A stretch of DNA of 64,000 nucleotides from an uncultured Caldithrix sp. (GTDB lineage: Bacteria; Calditrichota; Calditrichia; RBG-13-44-9), in assembly GCA_964461135.1 (NCBI GenBank), contig CAYWTB010000001.1, positions 8,082 to 72,081 on the forward strand, read 5' to 3'. The translations under genes and the position numbers were made by a program. The stretch's first letter is position 1. Every line of letters starts with the position of its first letter. The notes beneath the pieces are model-generated. The model was not told the origin of the DNA. It saw only the letters and a list, made by a program, of their open reading frames with translations, and did no database searches. Of the stretch, positions 8,622 to 19,566 are shown one piece after another.

Positions 8622-11600
8622 CTAAACGGCCTCCTCTTCCAGTAAAAATGCCCTGAGCATGGATTCAATCTGGCGATCCCGGAAATGCTGAATGTCAATG
8701 GCACTGGTGGGACAGAAGGTTGCGCAGGTTCCGCATCCTTTGCAGAGGGCTTCATTAACTGTTGCCAGCATAATTCCACCCCTATCCTGCAGAGAGAGTG
8801 CACCGAATTCACACACTTCCACACAGGTACCGCATCCACGACACAAATCCTCCCTCACAGACGAAACCAGTGGTTCCATCAGAATTGTGGATCTGGCCAG
8901 CAAAGCATCTATTTTTGCGGCCACCGCATTAGCCTGTCCGATGGAATCGGAAATATCCTTGGGGCTCTGTACGCATCCGCAGATAAATACTCCTTCAATA
9001 TTGGTTTCCACCGGACCAAACTTGGGATGCTTTTCCAGTAAATATCCGTCCATACCCACCGGAACTTTTATGAACTGCTGGATATGTTCGATTGAGCCGG
9101 AAGAGGGACGCATGCCGACCGACAGGATCAGAAGATCAACCGGAACTTCTATATCGGTTTTCAAAGATGGTTCCCAAAACCGAAGAGTTTCCACATTCTT
9201 ATGGCCGGTCAGCCGCGGAAGATCCTGCGGCGTAAAGCGTACAAACCTGACTCCCAGCTCCCGGGCCTGCCGGTACATGGTTTCAGCTTCATGGTGATAT
9301 ACCCGGATATCACGGTTAAAAACGGTAACTTCTATTCCCCGCTGCCGTAAAGCAATCGACTGCTTAATGGCCGCCTGGCAGCAATATCTTGAACATTCGG
9401 GCAATCCTTCCGGCCCGCGGGACCCCACGCACTGGATAAATGCCACCTGTTTGATTTCTTTTCCGTCAATGGCCAGCAACTGCTCCTTCTTCAAACGATT
9501 TTCCAGTTCCATGTTGGTGATGACATTTTTATATTTGCCATACCCGAACTCATTCTTGACGGGTTCATATAAACTGAATCCGGTTGCCAGAACAATAGCA
9601 CCCACCATGAACGGTTTATTCTCAGACTTTCCGTTAGTGGATTTCAGAGTGACTTCAAAATTCCCCACGAAACCTTTAATATCCTCAATATCGGTATCTG
9701 TAAATATTTTTACTTTGTCTTTATTTAATTCCTGCACTTTACTCCGGATCAGTTCTTTACCGGACATTCCGCTGGGATAAAGGATCTCCAGCTCTTTTAC
9801 CCATCCTCCCAGGGCCTTGTCTTTTTCCACCAGCAGGACGTTGTAATCCCGTTTTCCCAGCTGAAGCGCCGTTTCAATGCCCGAAATTCCGCCACCGATA
9901 ACCAGCACGTCATGTCCGATTTCCATCTCCTTCGGCTCCAGCGGTTCCAGCTGCCGCACCCTGGCCACCGCCATGCGGAGCAGGTCTTTTGCCTTACGCG
10001 TGGCCGCATCCGCAGCCTGCCCATGAACCCAGGAACATTGATCCCGGATATTAGCCATCTCCAGCAGATAAGGATTAAGGCCCACCTTGCGCAAGGTTTC
10101 CCGGAATATCGGTTCATGAGTACGAGGAGTACAGGCAGCCACCACCACCCGGTTAAGACGGTTAGATAATATTTTTTCCTGTATATTCCTTTGAGTACTC
10201 TCGGCACAGGCGAAGAGGAGATCTTCGGAGAATACCACATCCGGCAATCCGAGCGCATAATCCTTGAGAGTTTCCACATCCAGAACACCGGCGATATTGG
10301 ATCCGCAATGGCACACAAAGACGCCTACCCTCGGAGATCCGCTATAGTCGTATTCCGGGATTTCCTCTTTGATTTCGGGCATTTTATGGTGGGTAAGAAA
10401 CTGGGCGGCTCTCACTGCCGCACCCGAAGCCTCTGCAATAGAATCGGTAATATCCTTGGGACCGGTGGTGCATCCACACAGATAAATGCCTTCACGCCGG
10501 GATGATATGGGATCTCCGCAACGGTCTCTGGGAAGGAAAAATCCGCGGCTATCGGTTTTGATCTCCAGAATTTCCGCCAGGCTGTGGGACTCGGCAGCCG
10601 GTACCACCGCTTCCGATAAAATAACCATGCCGGTGCGCAATTTATCCGTCTGTCCGGTTTCCACATTTTCATTGAGAATGACCAGATCTCTGCTGCCGGG
10701 GTCTTCCACAATGCGGGACGGTTTTCCTCTGATAAAATGAATATTTTTATCGTGTAACGCTCTCTGATAAAATTGTTCAAATCCTTTACCAAATGCACGG
10801 ATGTCAATATAAAAAATATCAACACTGGTCTTGGGATACATTTCGCGTATCAGCAGAGCACTTTTTATGGCGTTCATGCAGCATATTCTGCTGCAGTAAG
10901 GTATATCCCGGCGGATACACCGCGATCCCACGCATTGAATGAATGAGACCCGCTTCGGTGGTTTCTGGTCGGTAAACCTGACTAATTGTCCCCCGGAAGG
11001 GCCGCTGGGACTGAGCAGCCGTTCAAGTTCGATGCTGTTTACCACATTTTCGAAACGTGTATATCCGTATTCGCTGGCCTCCCGCGGATCATAATAATCA
11101 ATACCGGTGGCAATAATGACTGCCCCCACATCAATCTCTTCCGTTCTATCCGGCATATCCAGATCAATGCAATTTTTCTGGCAGACGTCCACGCATTTTC
11201 CGCAGGCAATGGGATTGGTACCAAGACAATCATCGGCAGACCGGATATAGGCGGATGGAACGGCTTGTGAAAATGGAGAGTAAATAGCTCGCCGCAGGCA
11301 TAATCCTTCATCAAACTCATTGGGCTGAACTACAGGACAGACGTCCGAACAATCTCCGCAGGCGGTACATTCCGCTTCATTTACAAATCTGGCTTTACGA
11401 AGAATTTTTGCTCGGAAATTTCCGGCCTTGCCTGAAAGTCTAACAAGTTCTGCATTGGTATACAACTGAATTCTGGGATGCCGACCGACATCCATCATCT
11501 TGGGACCGAGAATTCAGATAGCGCAGTCCATGCTGGGAAAAGTCTTGTCCAGCTTGGCCATGGTTCCACCAATACTGGGCTGCTTTTCCAGCAGGTATAC

Positions 11601-11699
11601 CTGGAATTGGGCATCAGCCAGGTCCAGCGCCGCCTGAATTCCGGAAATACCTGCCCCCACAATCAAAGCACCCTTGGGTCTTTCTGATCTGGAAACCAT
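8622..11699 (-). CDS. hdrA: Tandem-domain heterodisulfide reductase subunit A (HdrA). Selenoprotein with in-frame UGA at 11514..11516. About 1024 aa.
   Basis: The ORF track splits it into 11514..11699 and 8622..11498, but ...[27 protein letters not shown]... is in frame. Architecture: FAD domain ([19 protein letters not shown]), then 2x[4Fe-4S] ferredoxin and a 4-Cys [10 protein letters not shown] domain. A second FAD domain ([15 protein letters not shown]) lacking the Cys/Sec motif and a C-terminal 2x[4Fe-4S] ferredoxin follow. Confidence 0.85.
11463..11513 (-). promoter_or_regulatory. Candidate SECIS hairpin 3' of the UGA (mRNA GGAUG-UCGGUCGG-CAUCC)
   Basis: Stem-loop at 11476..11493. The same element is found after the UGA of the hdrA paralog at 112. 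Confidence 0.35.
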
Positions 11700-11809
11700 A
11701 CTTCCCTTTCCATTTGGAATTTACGTTACGTATATGGATAATTATTGGCTATCCGCAAATTTCAAATTTCAGATTTATGATAAATGACAACCAATAATCG
11801 AGCTTTACA

Positions 11810-12379
11810 TCAGGCAACACTTTTTTTAGGAGACTCCAGCAGACTTTTTCCGTATTGAAAACCGGTTTCAAAGGCTTTTAGATTGAGCTCTTCCGTTCCC
11901 GGAGGAACAGATGTTTCAACGGCTTTTTTGGTAGCCTCATAGGACGTAATCCCGGTAACGGCGGAGAAAAATCCCACCATAATAATATTGGTAACAATCT
12001 TGCGGCCCATTTCTTCCGCCAGGCGGGTGGCCGGAATGGCATAGGTGGAGACTTTTTTTGAATTCTTTGCAAGGTGCACCAGATCCTTTTCCACCAGTAA
12101 TATACCATCCTCCGGAATTTCTCCGCTGAATTTGTCATGCGCATCCCGGGACAGGAGGACTCCTATATTAGGTTGAATAAGGTAGGGGTAAAGAATCTGC
12201 GACTCGGAAATGATAACCTGGGCTGAACAGGAACTCCCGCGCGCTTCAGGTCCGAAACTCTGAATCAGGGTGGAATATTTATTATCATAAATAGCTGCTG
12301 CTTTCCCGATAATATAACCCGCCAGGATAATTCCCTGCCCGCCAAATCCGGCGATACGAATTTCACTGTTTTTCTTCAT
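11810..12379 (-). CDS. 2-oxoacid:ferredoxin oxidoreductase, gamma subunit
   Basis: EIRIAGFGGQGIILAG... Por/Vor/Kor gamma family. 190 aa. Confidence 0.8.
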   Translation of the reverse strand: MKKNSEIRIAGFGGQGIILAGYIIGKAAAIYDNKYSTLIQSFGPEARGSSCSAQVIISESQILYPYLIQPNIGVLLSRDAHDKFSGEIPEDGILLVEKDLVHLAKNSKKVSTYAIPATRLAEEMGRKIVTNIIMVGFFSAVTGITSYEATKKAVETSVPPGTEELNLKAFETGFQYGKSLLESPKKSVA

Positions 12380-13286
12380 GCACAACCCCGTAAGGTTTAA
12401 ATTTGTTCCCTAATTTCTTCTGCAGATATTCATTGTACTGATCCAGATAGGAGGGTTTATCTATATCAATAAATTTCCCAACCTTTATTTCTTCCTGAAA
12501 CTGGATAGAAACATCACGAACATCGGCACCATGTGCTATGACAGAATTATCATGATAAAATTTCATCAGATCCAGACCGCTTCCCAGGCGGTTTTTGCGG
12601 GCGTAGAGAGTTGTACAGGGGCAGATTATTTCCACAAAGGAAAAACCCTTTTTATGCAAGGCTTCATTTATAGAGTTGGTGAGCCGCCTGACGTGCAGGG
12701 CGGTCCAGCGGGCCACGTACACCGCACCACAGGAGGCTGCCAGCAACGGAAGATTAAAGGGATTTTCATAACTCCCATAGGGAGCGGTAGTGGCAATTGC
12801 AGTAAGCGGAGTGGTTGGTGCCAGTTGACCACCGGTCATGGCATATATAAAATTATTAATACACAATACAGTGATATCAAGATTGCGCCTGGCGGTATGG
12901 ATGAAGTGATTGCCTCCGATGGAAATCAGGTCACCATCCCCACTAAAAACCACTACCTTCAGTTTTGGCTTGGCCAGTTTCAGGCCCACGGCAAACGGAA
13001 TGGCACGGCCGTGAGTGGTATGAAAGGAATCCAGTTTAATATAACCGGCGATTCGTCCGCTGCAACCGATCCCGGACACAACACTGATATCCTCCTTTGG
13101 AATCTGTGATTTTTTCACTGCTTCAATAAAACAGGTTACCGCTGTTCCAATTCCGCAGGTCGAACACCAGATATGAGGAATCCGATCCATCCGCAGCCAT
13201 TCCGAGAGAGGATGTTCCGCACCGTTCTCCTGTTCTTTTTTAGTTTTTGTCCCGGGCTTGACTTTTTCGATAACTTCGGCTTTCAT
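12363..13286 (-). CDS. 2-oxoacid:ferredoxin oxidoreductase, beta subunit (TPP-binding)
   Basis: WCSTCGIG...GIGCSGR...GDGD TPP-binding motifs. Start ATG overlaps the alpha stop (ATGA). Confidence 0.85.
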   Translation of the reverse strand: MKAEVIEKVKPGTKTKKEQENGAEHPLSEWLRMDRIPHIWCSTCGIGTAVTCFIEAVKKSQIPKEDISVVSGIGCSGRIAGYIKLDSFHTTHGRAIPFAVGLKLAKPKLKVVVFSGDGDLISIGGNHFIHTARRNLDITVLCINNFIYAMTGGQLAPTTPLTAIATTAPYGSYENPFNLPLLAASCGAVYVARWTALHVRRLTNSINEALHKKGFSFVEIICPCTTLYARKNRLGSGLDLMKFYHDNSVIAHGADVRDVSIQFQEEIKVGKFIDIDKPSYLDQYNEYLQKKLGNKFKPYGVVHEEKQ

Positions 13287-14443
13287 TTATGTGCCTCCTT
13301 AATTGCCTCTTGGATACATTCCGGCCTGTGAACCGTTCCACCGCCATGGGGGACAAGTAAAGTCTTACATTGTCCGCCTGTACACCGTTCAACCTCATAA
13401 ACAATCTGGCCGTAATTCATCTCCGGTACCACAAACGCCTTTATTTTGGGAGCCAGCTTCCGAATCAGATTTTCCGGAAACGGCCATACAGTAATGAGAC
13501 GGACATGACCGATTTTTTTAATTCCATCCTCCTGCGCCAGCTGAATTCCTCGCAGCGCAACCCGGGAAGTTATACCATAAGAGATCACCACAATTTCAGC
13601 ATCATTCAGATTTTCTTCTTCGTAAATATAAATATCATCAGCGTTCTTTTTAATTTTATCTATCAGGCGGTGAACACATTTCTCCTGAGTCTGCCAGCTC
13701 ATGTCAGGATATCCCCGTTCATCATGAGTCAGTCCGGTCACATGAAAAAAGTGGCCGCGACCCGCCTCTACCATATCGGGTACCAGGTCTTCTCCCGCTT
13801 CGAAGGGCAGATATTGTCCAGGCTTTTTACTGGTAAATCGACGGGGAAACAACTCAATTTTTTCGGGTTCCGGAATCACCACTTTTTCAGTCATATGGCC
13901 GACGCATTCATCCATCATGAATAAAACCGGTACCCGGTATTTTTCAGATAAATTAAAGGCGGTAATGGTAAGATCGAAGCATTCCTGCGGTGAATTGGGG
14001 CAGAGGGCAATAATTTCGTAGTCTCCGTGTGATCCCCAGCGGGCCTGCATCATATCCGCCTGGCCGGGAAGTGTAGGCAATCCGGTTGAGGGTCCGCCCC
14101 GCTGAACGTTCACCACCACGCATGGAGTTTCCAGCATGACCCCCAGGCCAATATTCTCCATCATTAGTGAGAATCCCGGACCTGAGGTTACCGTCATGGA
14201 TTTTGCCCCTGCCCATGATGCTCCCAGGATAGCCGCCATGGAAGCAAGTTCATCCTCCATCTGAATGAACATACCACCTACCATGGGAAATCGTTCGGAT
14301 ATCCGCTCGGCGACTTCGGTTGAGGGAGTAATCGGATATCCCGCAAAGAACCGGCAGCCTGCCGCCAGACCACCTTCCGCACAGGCCTTATCACCATCCA
14401 GATAATGCATGCCGGTTAATACCCCTGCCGAATCAGCTTTCAT
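13283..14443 (-). CDS. 2-oxoacid:ferredoxin oxidoreductase, alpha subunit
   Basis: GYPITPSTE...VTSGPGFSLM family motifs. Start placed at the internal ATG (MKADSAG) preceded by AAGGAG. The upstream extension in the ORF track overlaps the delta gene. Confidence 0.85.
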   Translation of the reverse strand: MKADSAGVLTGMHYLDGDKACAEGGLAAGCRFFAGYPITPSTEVAERISERFPMVGGMFIQMEDELASMAAILGASWAGAKSMTVTSGPGFSLMMENIGLGVMLETPCVVVNVQRGGPSTGLPTLPGQADMMQARWGSHGDYEIIALCPNSPQECFDLTITAFNLSEKYRVPVLFMMDECVGHMTEKVVIPEPEKIELFPRRFTSKKPGQYLPFEAGEDLVPDMVEAGRGHFFHVTGLTHDERGYPDMSWQTQEKCVHRLIDKIKKNADDIYIYEEENLNDAEIVVISYGITSRVALRGIQLAQEDGIKKIGHVRLITVWPFPENLIRKLAPKIKAFVVPEMNYGQIVYEVERCTGGQCKTLLVPHGGGTVHRPECIQEAIKEAHK

Positions 14444-14714
14444 GTGCTCGCTCCTTTTCGTTCTGAAGTACACAATATATCGCAAATTCCGGGCATAACA
14501 TCTCACACAGCTGACAATGAACACAGATAGTCCCATTCTTTACAATCGGGGGATGGTAACCTTTGGAATTGAATTCTGTGGAAAGTTCTAGAACATCTTT
14601 GGGGCAATATTCCACGCAAAAACCACACCCTTTACATCGTTCCCATAGAATATGAAGCTCTCCGTGAGGAATTTTTACCCGGTCGATATCCAACGGTTTA
14701 CGCCAATATTTCAT
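14433..14714 (-). CDS. 2-oxoacid:ferredoxin oxidoreductase, delta subunit (2x[4Fe-4S] ferredoxin)
   Basis: CKGCGFCVEYCP and CVHCQLCEMLCP motifs. 93 aa. Confidence 0.85.
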   Translation of the reverse strand: MKYWRKPLDIDRVKIPHGELHILWERCKGCGFCVEYCPKDVLELSTEFNSKGYHPPIVKNGTICVHCQLCEMLCPEFAIYCVLQNEKERAHES

Positions 14715-15064
14715 ATATTCCTCAAGCGCTATTTTATTTATTTTGATCTATATTAAGATTTAAAATTAAAATAACATGGTCCAGAAAATTTGGATACTTC
14801 TAAAACCGGTAAAGCCCTTCCAGATGCTGTCCAAAGAGAATTCGCCAGGAACGGGAGTGTGATCTGCGATACTCAGATTGAGAGAGAATTTTTTCCATAG
14901 TCATAAATAATTTATTGAAAAAATGTTCATTACAATCTGAAAATTCAGGATTATTAGAAACAAACAAAATATCCTAATAATCCCGTTTAAAACTTAATAT
15001 CTTTGAGTAAGATTGTCAACACCTTAGTTTTTTCGCCATTGCCGGAAAATGATAGTCTACTTGT

Positions 15065-15088
15065 GTTTTGGACAGTAACCTGTCCAAA
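15065..15088. promoter_or_regulatory. Perfect 10-4-10 palindrome TTTTGGACAG-TAAC-CTGTCCAAAA in the 5' region of the VOR-Hdr supercluster
   Basis: Exact inverted repeat. Related TGTCAAC half-sites occur at about 15014 and about 15102. Confidence 0.3.
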
Positions 15089-15176
15089 ATTTACATGAAA
15101 CCTGTCAACCAAATATACTCTAAGATTGAAAGACGAATTTGGAGGCTGCGGTGGTCGATTAAAAAATGTTCCGCGA

Positions 15177-15761
15177 TCAGTGTGTATCTGCAGTCTTTAA
15201 ATAAAAAACCAGTCTCAGTCGCACCACTTTTTTCATGGAGGTAAAGAGAAACTTTGGCTGGTTAATGTTGAAATCCGTGATATTCAGTTCGAAATTGGAG
15301 GATATTCGATATATATCCCCCATCAGCTGAATTGTTTCTTCCGGGGAAAACTCCATTTCCACCCCATGGATTTTTAACATTCCGCTGGCGGTCACTTCGC
15401 TGCCGTTCTGATCAATTATCCTCCATTGCGAAAGCCTTCCCTCAAAGACCGCCATGGGATATTCAGCAGTATCCAGATACTTATCACGCATATGTGTATT
15501 CCTGAGGCCGATGCCGGAATCCATTGTCCGGAGATCAACTTCAAAATGCACCCTGCCGGTACCCAGTGTATCATTATCCTCCCTGGAAATATATCCTTCA
15601 ATCTCGCTGGTCTTTCCTTCAAAATTTCCCATTGTTGAACCGGCATAAAAAACAACAGAATTATCACGGGTTAAGTCTACTTCCAAAAGTGCAGCATTAC
15701 CCATACCTGACCAAAAGAATAATCCCAATATTATGAATAGTCTGGTCATAATTATGATCAT
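15177..15761 (-). CDS. YceI-like periplasmic (polyisoprenoid-binding) protein
   Basis: Signal peptide followed by YceI-family beta-barrel-like sequence. 194 aa. Confidence 0.6.
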   Translation of the reverse strand: MIIIMTRLFIILGLFFWSGMGNAALLEVDLTRDNSVVFYAGSTMGNFEGKTSEIEGYISREDNDTLGTGRVHFEVDLRTMDSGIGLRNTHMRDKYLDTAEYPMAVFEGRLSQWRIIDQNGSEVTASGMLKIHGVEMEFSPEETIQLMGDIYRISSNFELNITDFNINQPKFLFTSMKKVVRLRLVFYLKTADTH

Positions 15762-15994
15762 AAAGTATAATTCCGTATTTTATTATTGCCCATTCACAAC
15801 CGCCCGGGCACCGGATTCCAAAATTAAAGATAAGAACAGGTTCTCGAAATTTGGACTTCTCCCTGATTAAACAAAATTGGTATTAATTTCATCATAACTT
15901 ACAATTTCTCGGTGCCCCGGAACCTTTGTGGTAAAATTAATGAATTACTCTGGTTAAAAATTTCTTAGGTTTGTTTATACGACCCCAATTCCAT

Positions 15995-17041
15995 TTAATA
16001 TAACTGTTCCCTTGGTGAAACCGGACCTTCCAGGGCTTCCGGTTTTATTTTTCCGGTCAGGGATTTCAGAAAGGCCACAATATGATTTGCTTGGTCGGAG
16101 GACAACTCTTTTCCCAATTGAAGTCTGGCCATCATGGGAACTACCCGGTGCAGGTTATCCACGCTGCCATCGTGGAAATAAGGTGCGGTCATTTCCACAT
16201 TCCGCAGGGGGGGTACCTTGAATACATACAGGTCCGCCGTATCCCCGGTAACAGCAAACCTGCCGGAATCGATTTCGGTACTTCCGATCAGTTTCCAGTA
16301 GGGCTCAATAATGCCAAATTTTTCATACTGCCCGCCACCCACCAATACTCTGTTATGACAATCTTTGCATCCGGTATCCATAAATATTTTCAAACCCTTC
16401 TGTTCTTTTTCCGTAAGGGCATTGGGATGCCGCTTCAAAAACTGATCAAAGCGGGAAGGAGTTACCAGGGTTCTTTCCCAGGCACCAACGGCCAGCCCGA
16501 AATTTCTGGCATTTAAAGGGACAGAGTCATTGGGAAACGCTTCTTTAAACAGTCCCTGATAACCGGCAATGAAATTCATTTTTTCTTCTGCCTGTTCATA
16601 GGATTCCAGACCATAGGAGCCATGTCCCAGCAAAGCTTTCTGTGCCTGATCCTCCACAGATTTACGGTTGCCGATCCAGTGCTGGGATATCTGCAGAGCT
16701 GAATTCAGAACGGTGGGAGCATTTCTGGGATTGAGCCGGTAATTATTCCCGATCGATTTTTTTAATCCGTCGGTGCCATACAGGTTCATCCAGTGACATT
16801 TGAAACAACTGGTTGTACCATCGATGGAAAGGCGGGTATCATAAAACAGCATCTTCCCCAGTTTGGTTTTTTCGGGGGTTATGAGATTATCGCCCGAAAT
16901 CATTTTCCCCGGAAGAACCTGGAAATAATTCCGGGCTTCGCTGACCAGGGAGTTCTTCTTCCCGCAGGTTAATAAAACGCCACTCGAAATGATAAGTACC
17001 ATCATAAAAAGGTAAAAGGTCTTCATCTCGGTTGCCTCCAT
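15995..17041 (-). CDS. Di-heme cytochrome c peroxidase (CCP/MauG family)
   Basis: Two CxxCH heme motifs (CFKCH, CKDCH). Signal peptide. 348 aa. Confidence 0.85.
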   Translation of the reverse strand: MEATEMKTFYLFMMVLIISSGVLLTCGKKNSLVSEARNYFQVLPGKMISGDNLITPEKTKLGKMLFYDTRLSIDGTTSCFKCHWMNLYGTDGLKKSIGNNYRLNPRNAPTVLNSALQISQHWIGNRKSVEDQAQKALLGHGSYGLESYEQAEEKMNFIAGYQGLFKEAFPNDSVPLNARNFGLAVGAWERTLVTPSRFDQFLKRHPNALTEKEQKGLKIFMDTGCKDCHNRVLVGGGQYEKFGIIEPYWKLIGSTEIDSGRFAVTGDTADLYVFKVPPLRNVEMTAPYFHDGSVDNLHRVVPMMARLQLGKELSSDQANHIVAFLKSLTGKIKPEALEGPVSPREQLY

Positions 17042-17134
17042 TAAATGTTATCCCCCAAAAAATTTATGCCGTTCGGCCCGTTCTAGCTTTTTTCACCATA
17101 ATAGCGGATTTTATTTCCAGAATATTATGAAGCT

Positions 17135-19225
17135 TTATTTCTCAACTTTCAGAAACCTGGCATTTACCGCCACAATCACGGTACTCATGGTCATCAGCAC
17201 TGCTCCCATGGCCGGACTCAACAGGATACCCACGCTATAGAGTGCACCCGCTGCCAGAGGAATAGCAATGGCATTGTAACCGGTGGCCCAGACCAGATTC
17301 TGCACCATTTTGCGATATGTTGCTTTCGCGAGCGCAATAATATCCACCGCATCCTGGGGATTACTGCGAACCAGCACAATGTCCGCTGTTTCCACCGCTA
17401 CGTCTGTCCCGGCACCGATGGCAATTCCCACATCGGCCTGTGCCAGCGCCGGTGCATCATTCACACCATCACCGGTCATGGCCACTACCAGCCCGCGGGA
17501 CTGTACTTCTTTAACTTTCGCTGCTTTCTGTTCCGGCAGCACCTCCGCAAAATAATCATCCAGGCTAAGTTCCGCCGCCACATATTCCGCCACCCGTTTA
17601 TTATCCCCGGTAAGCATCATGACCTGGATGCCCATTTCCTTCAGACGGGAAATAGCCTCTCTGGATTCATCGCGGATAATATCTGCCAAAGCGATGGCAC
17701 CCTGCGGTTTATCATCCAGCAGTAAAAATACAACTGTTTTCCCCTGAGAATTCAGTTCCTCTACCTTTCGGTTTTTCACCTCAATACTTTTCTCCTGCAG
17801 GTAGCCGGGACTCACCACCTTTACCAGCTTCCCATCCACCTTTCCCTGTGCTCCTTTTCCAGGGATAGATTTGAAATCAGACACTTTTTTTATATTCCCG
17901 GCCGATTGAACAATTCCTTTGGCGATGGGATGTTCTGAGTTCTGTTCCACCGCTGCGGCATAGGCCAGTATCTGCAAGTCATTCAGGTCCTCCGCCAGCG
18001 CCACTGTATCAGTCACCCTGAAATTACCCTGAGTGAGCGTACCGGTTTTGTCGAAGATTATAGCCTGCAGATTGCGTGCTTTCTCGAAGGCCGCCCGGTT
18101 GCGGATCAGCAGTCCGTTGCGGGCGGAAATGGCGGTTGAGACCGCCACTACCAGCGGTACTGCTAAACCCAGAGCATGTGGGCAGGTAATGACCATCACC
18201 GTTACGGTGCGTTCCAGGGCAAACACAAAATCCTTATGAACAATCACCAGCCACACGAACATGGTTATTGCACCGGCAGAGAGGGCAATAATCGTCAACC
18301 AGAAAGCGGCCCGGTTGGCCAGATCCTGAGTCTTCGATTTGCTTTCCTGGGCCTGGCGAACCAGCTCAACTACCTGCGAAAGATAAGAGTCCTTGCCTGT
18401 TTTTTCCACTTCAATGGTTAGGGATCCTTCACCATTAATGGATCCACCGATTACTTTCCTGCCCGTTTTCTTTGAGACCGGTCTGGATTCACCGGTTATC
18501 ATGGCTTCATTTACCGAACTTTCTCCTTCCACCACTTTTCCATCGGCCGGAATCTTCTCACCCGGTTTGACCAGTACCCGGTCACCTGAGACTAATTCAT
18601 CCAGGGGTACATCTTTTACACTATCATCTTTCATGATTTTATGTGCCTCGGAAGGCATCAGTTTGGCCAGTTCTTCCAGGGCCCGCGAAGCCCCCATAAC
18701 CGATTTCATTTCGATCCAGTGACCGAGCAGCATAATATCAATCAGGGTGGCCAGTTCCCAGAAAAAGATTTTACCTTTTACCCCGAATACCACTGCCGAA
18801 CTGTAGAAATAAGCAACGGCAATGGCCAGCGCAATCAGGGTCATCATCCCCGGATTTTTTTGTCGCAGTTCATCGAATAAACCCTTCAGGAAGGGCCAGC
18901 CCCCGTAGAAAAAAACAGCAGTGGAGAACAGGAAATTGAGAAAAAGATCACCCGAAAATCGGATGCTTTCACCCAAGCCCAGAAATCCCTGAATCATGGG
19001 AGAGAGCAGCAGAATCGGTATGGTAAGAATCAATGAAATCCAGAAACGTTTGCGGAAATCAGCCACCATGTGAGCATGGTGGCCGGCATGATTAGCGTGT
19101 CCGCCATCGCCGGTATGCTCCTCATGCATCACATCATGACCATGATGACTGACATGGCCATTGGGTTTTGTTTTCTCTTTCGCCTGGGTATCCTCTGCCG
19201 GGTGATGATGGTCCTGTTCGGGCAT
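17135..19225 (-). CDS. copB: Copper-translocating P1B-type ATPase, CopB-like (His-rich N-terminus, CPH motif)
   Basis: N-terminal HHHPAEDT...[11 protein letters not shown]...[15 protein letters not shown] motif ([12 protein letters not shown]), DKTGTLT and GDGVNDAP. Confidence 0.85.
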   Translation of the reverse strand: MPEQDHHHPAEDTQAKEKTKPNGHVSHHGHDVMHEEHTGDGGHANHAGHHAHMVADFRKRFWISLILTIPILLLSPMIQGFLGLGESIRFSGDLFLNFLFSTAVFFYGGWPFLKGLFDELRQKNPGMMTLIALAIAVAYFYSSAVVFGVKGKIFFWELATLIDIMLLGHWIEMKSVMGASRALEELAKLMPSEAHKIMKDDSVKDVPLDELVSGDRVLVKPGEKIPADGKVVEGESSVNEAMITGESRPVSKKTGRKVIGGSINGEGSLTIEVEKTGKDSYLSQVVELVRQAQESKSKTQDLANRAAFWLTIIALSAGAITMFVWLVIVHKDFVFALERTVTVMVITCPHALGLAVPLVVAVSTAISARNGLLIRNRAAFEKARNLQAIIFDKTGTLTQGNFRVTDTVALAEDLNDLQILAYAAAVEQNSEHPIAKGIVQSAGNIKKVSDFKSIPGKGAQGKVDGKLVKVVSPGYLQEKSIEVKNRKVEELNSQGKTVVFLLLDDKPQGAIALADIIRDESREAISRLKEMGIQVMMLTGDNKRVAEYVAAELSLDDYFAEVLPEQKAAKVKEVQSRGLVVAMTGDGVNDAPALAQADVGIAIGAGTDVAVETADIVLVRSNPQDAVDIIALAKATYRKMVQNLVWATGYNAIAIPLAAGALYSVGILLSPAMGAVLMTMSTVIVAVNARFLKVEK

Positions 19226-19566
19226 TGAAAGTTCCTCCTAAGATGAAAAGATTATTTCAAATCATTCAGTTTTTATCTGACCTCATGCCAGAGTTTTTAT
19301 ACACATAATTATTTTAGCCTTTAGACCATATTTTCAGAAACAGAATTGACAAAAAAGTGAACTGTTTTTATTTAAGGCTCACCTCTCATGCAATTTGCTC
19401 TTTTATTTTCGCGGCTTCACAGAGTATGCTGTTTGAACCTGCATATTATTCAATCCGCAACAATCCATACGTCTTTTCCCATAGCGTTTTTCATTTCTGC
19501 GGGCTATTTCTTCCAGCCATTTTTTTTTACCAAGCATGATAATTATACTCCCAACTGGTGTTGAAA

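Noticed and set aside
11514-11699. Stand-alone 61-aa ORF ending DCAI-stop
   Set aside because: It is not a separate gene. The TGA is followed in frame by ILGPKMMDV..., which completes the HdrA CxxC(U) motif. I treat it as the N-terminal part of the Sec-HdrA.
13283-14536. Long N-terminal extension of the VOR alpha subunit (MGLSVFIVSC...)
   Set aside because: Overlaps the delta-subunit gene. The internal ATG at 14443 is preceded by AAGGAG and matches alpha-subunit N-termini.
14715-15176. Possible ncRNA, tRNA or CRISPR in the long intergenic regions (also 28218..28707, 37590..38127, 48414..48886, 49982..50314, 61670..62033)
   Set aside because: No direct repeat arrays, no tRNA-like T-arm/acceptor signatures and no rRNA-like segments. 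They are best explained as promoter or leader regions.
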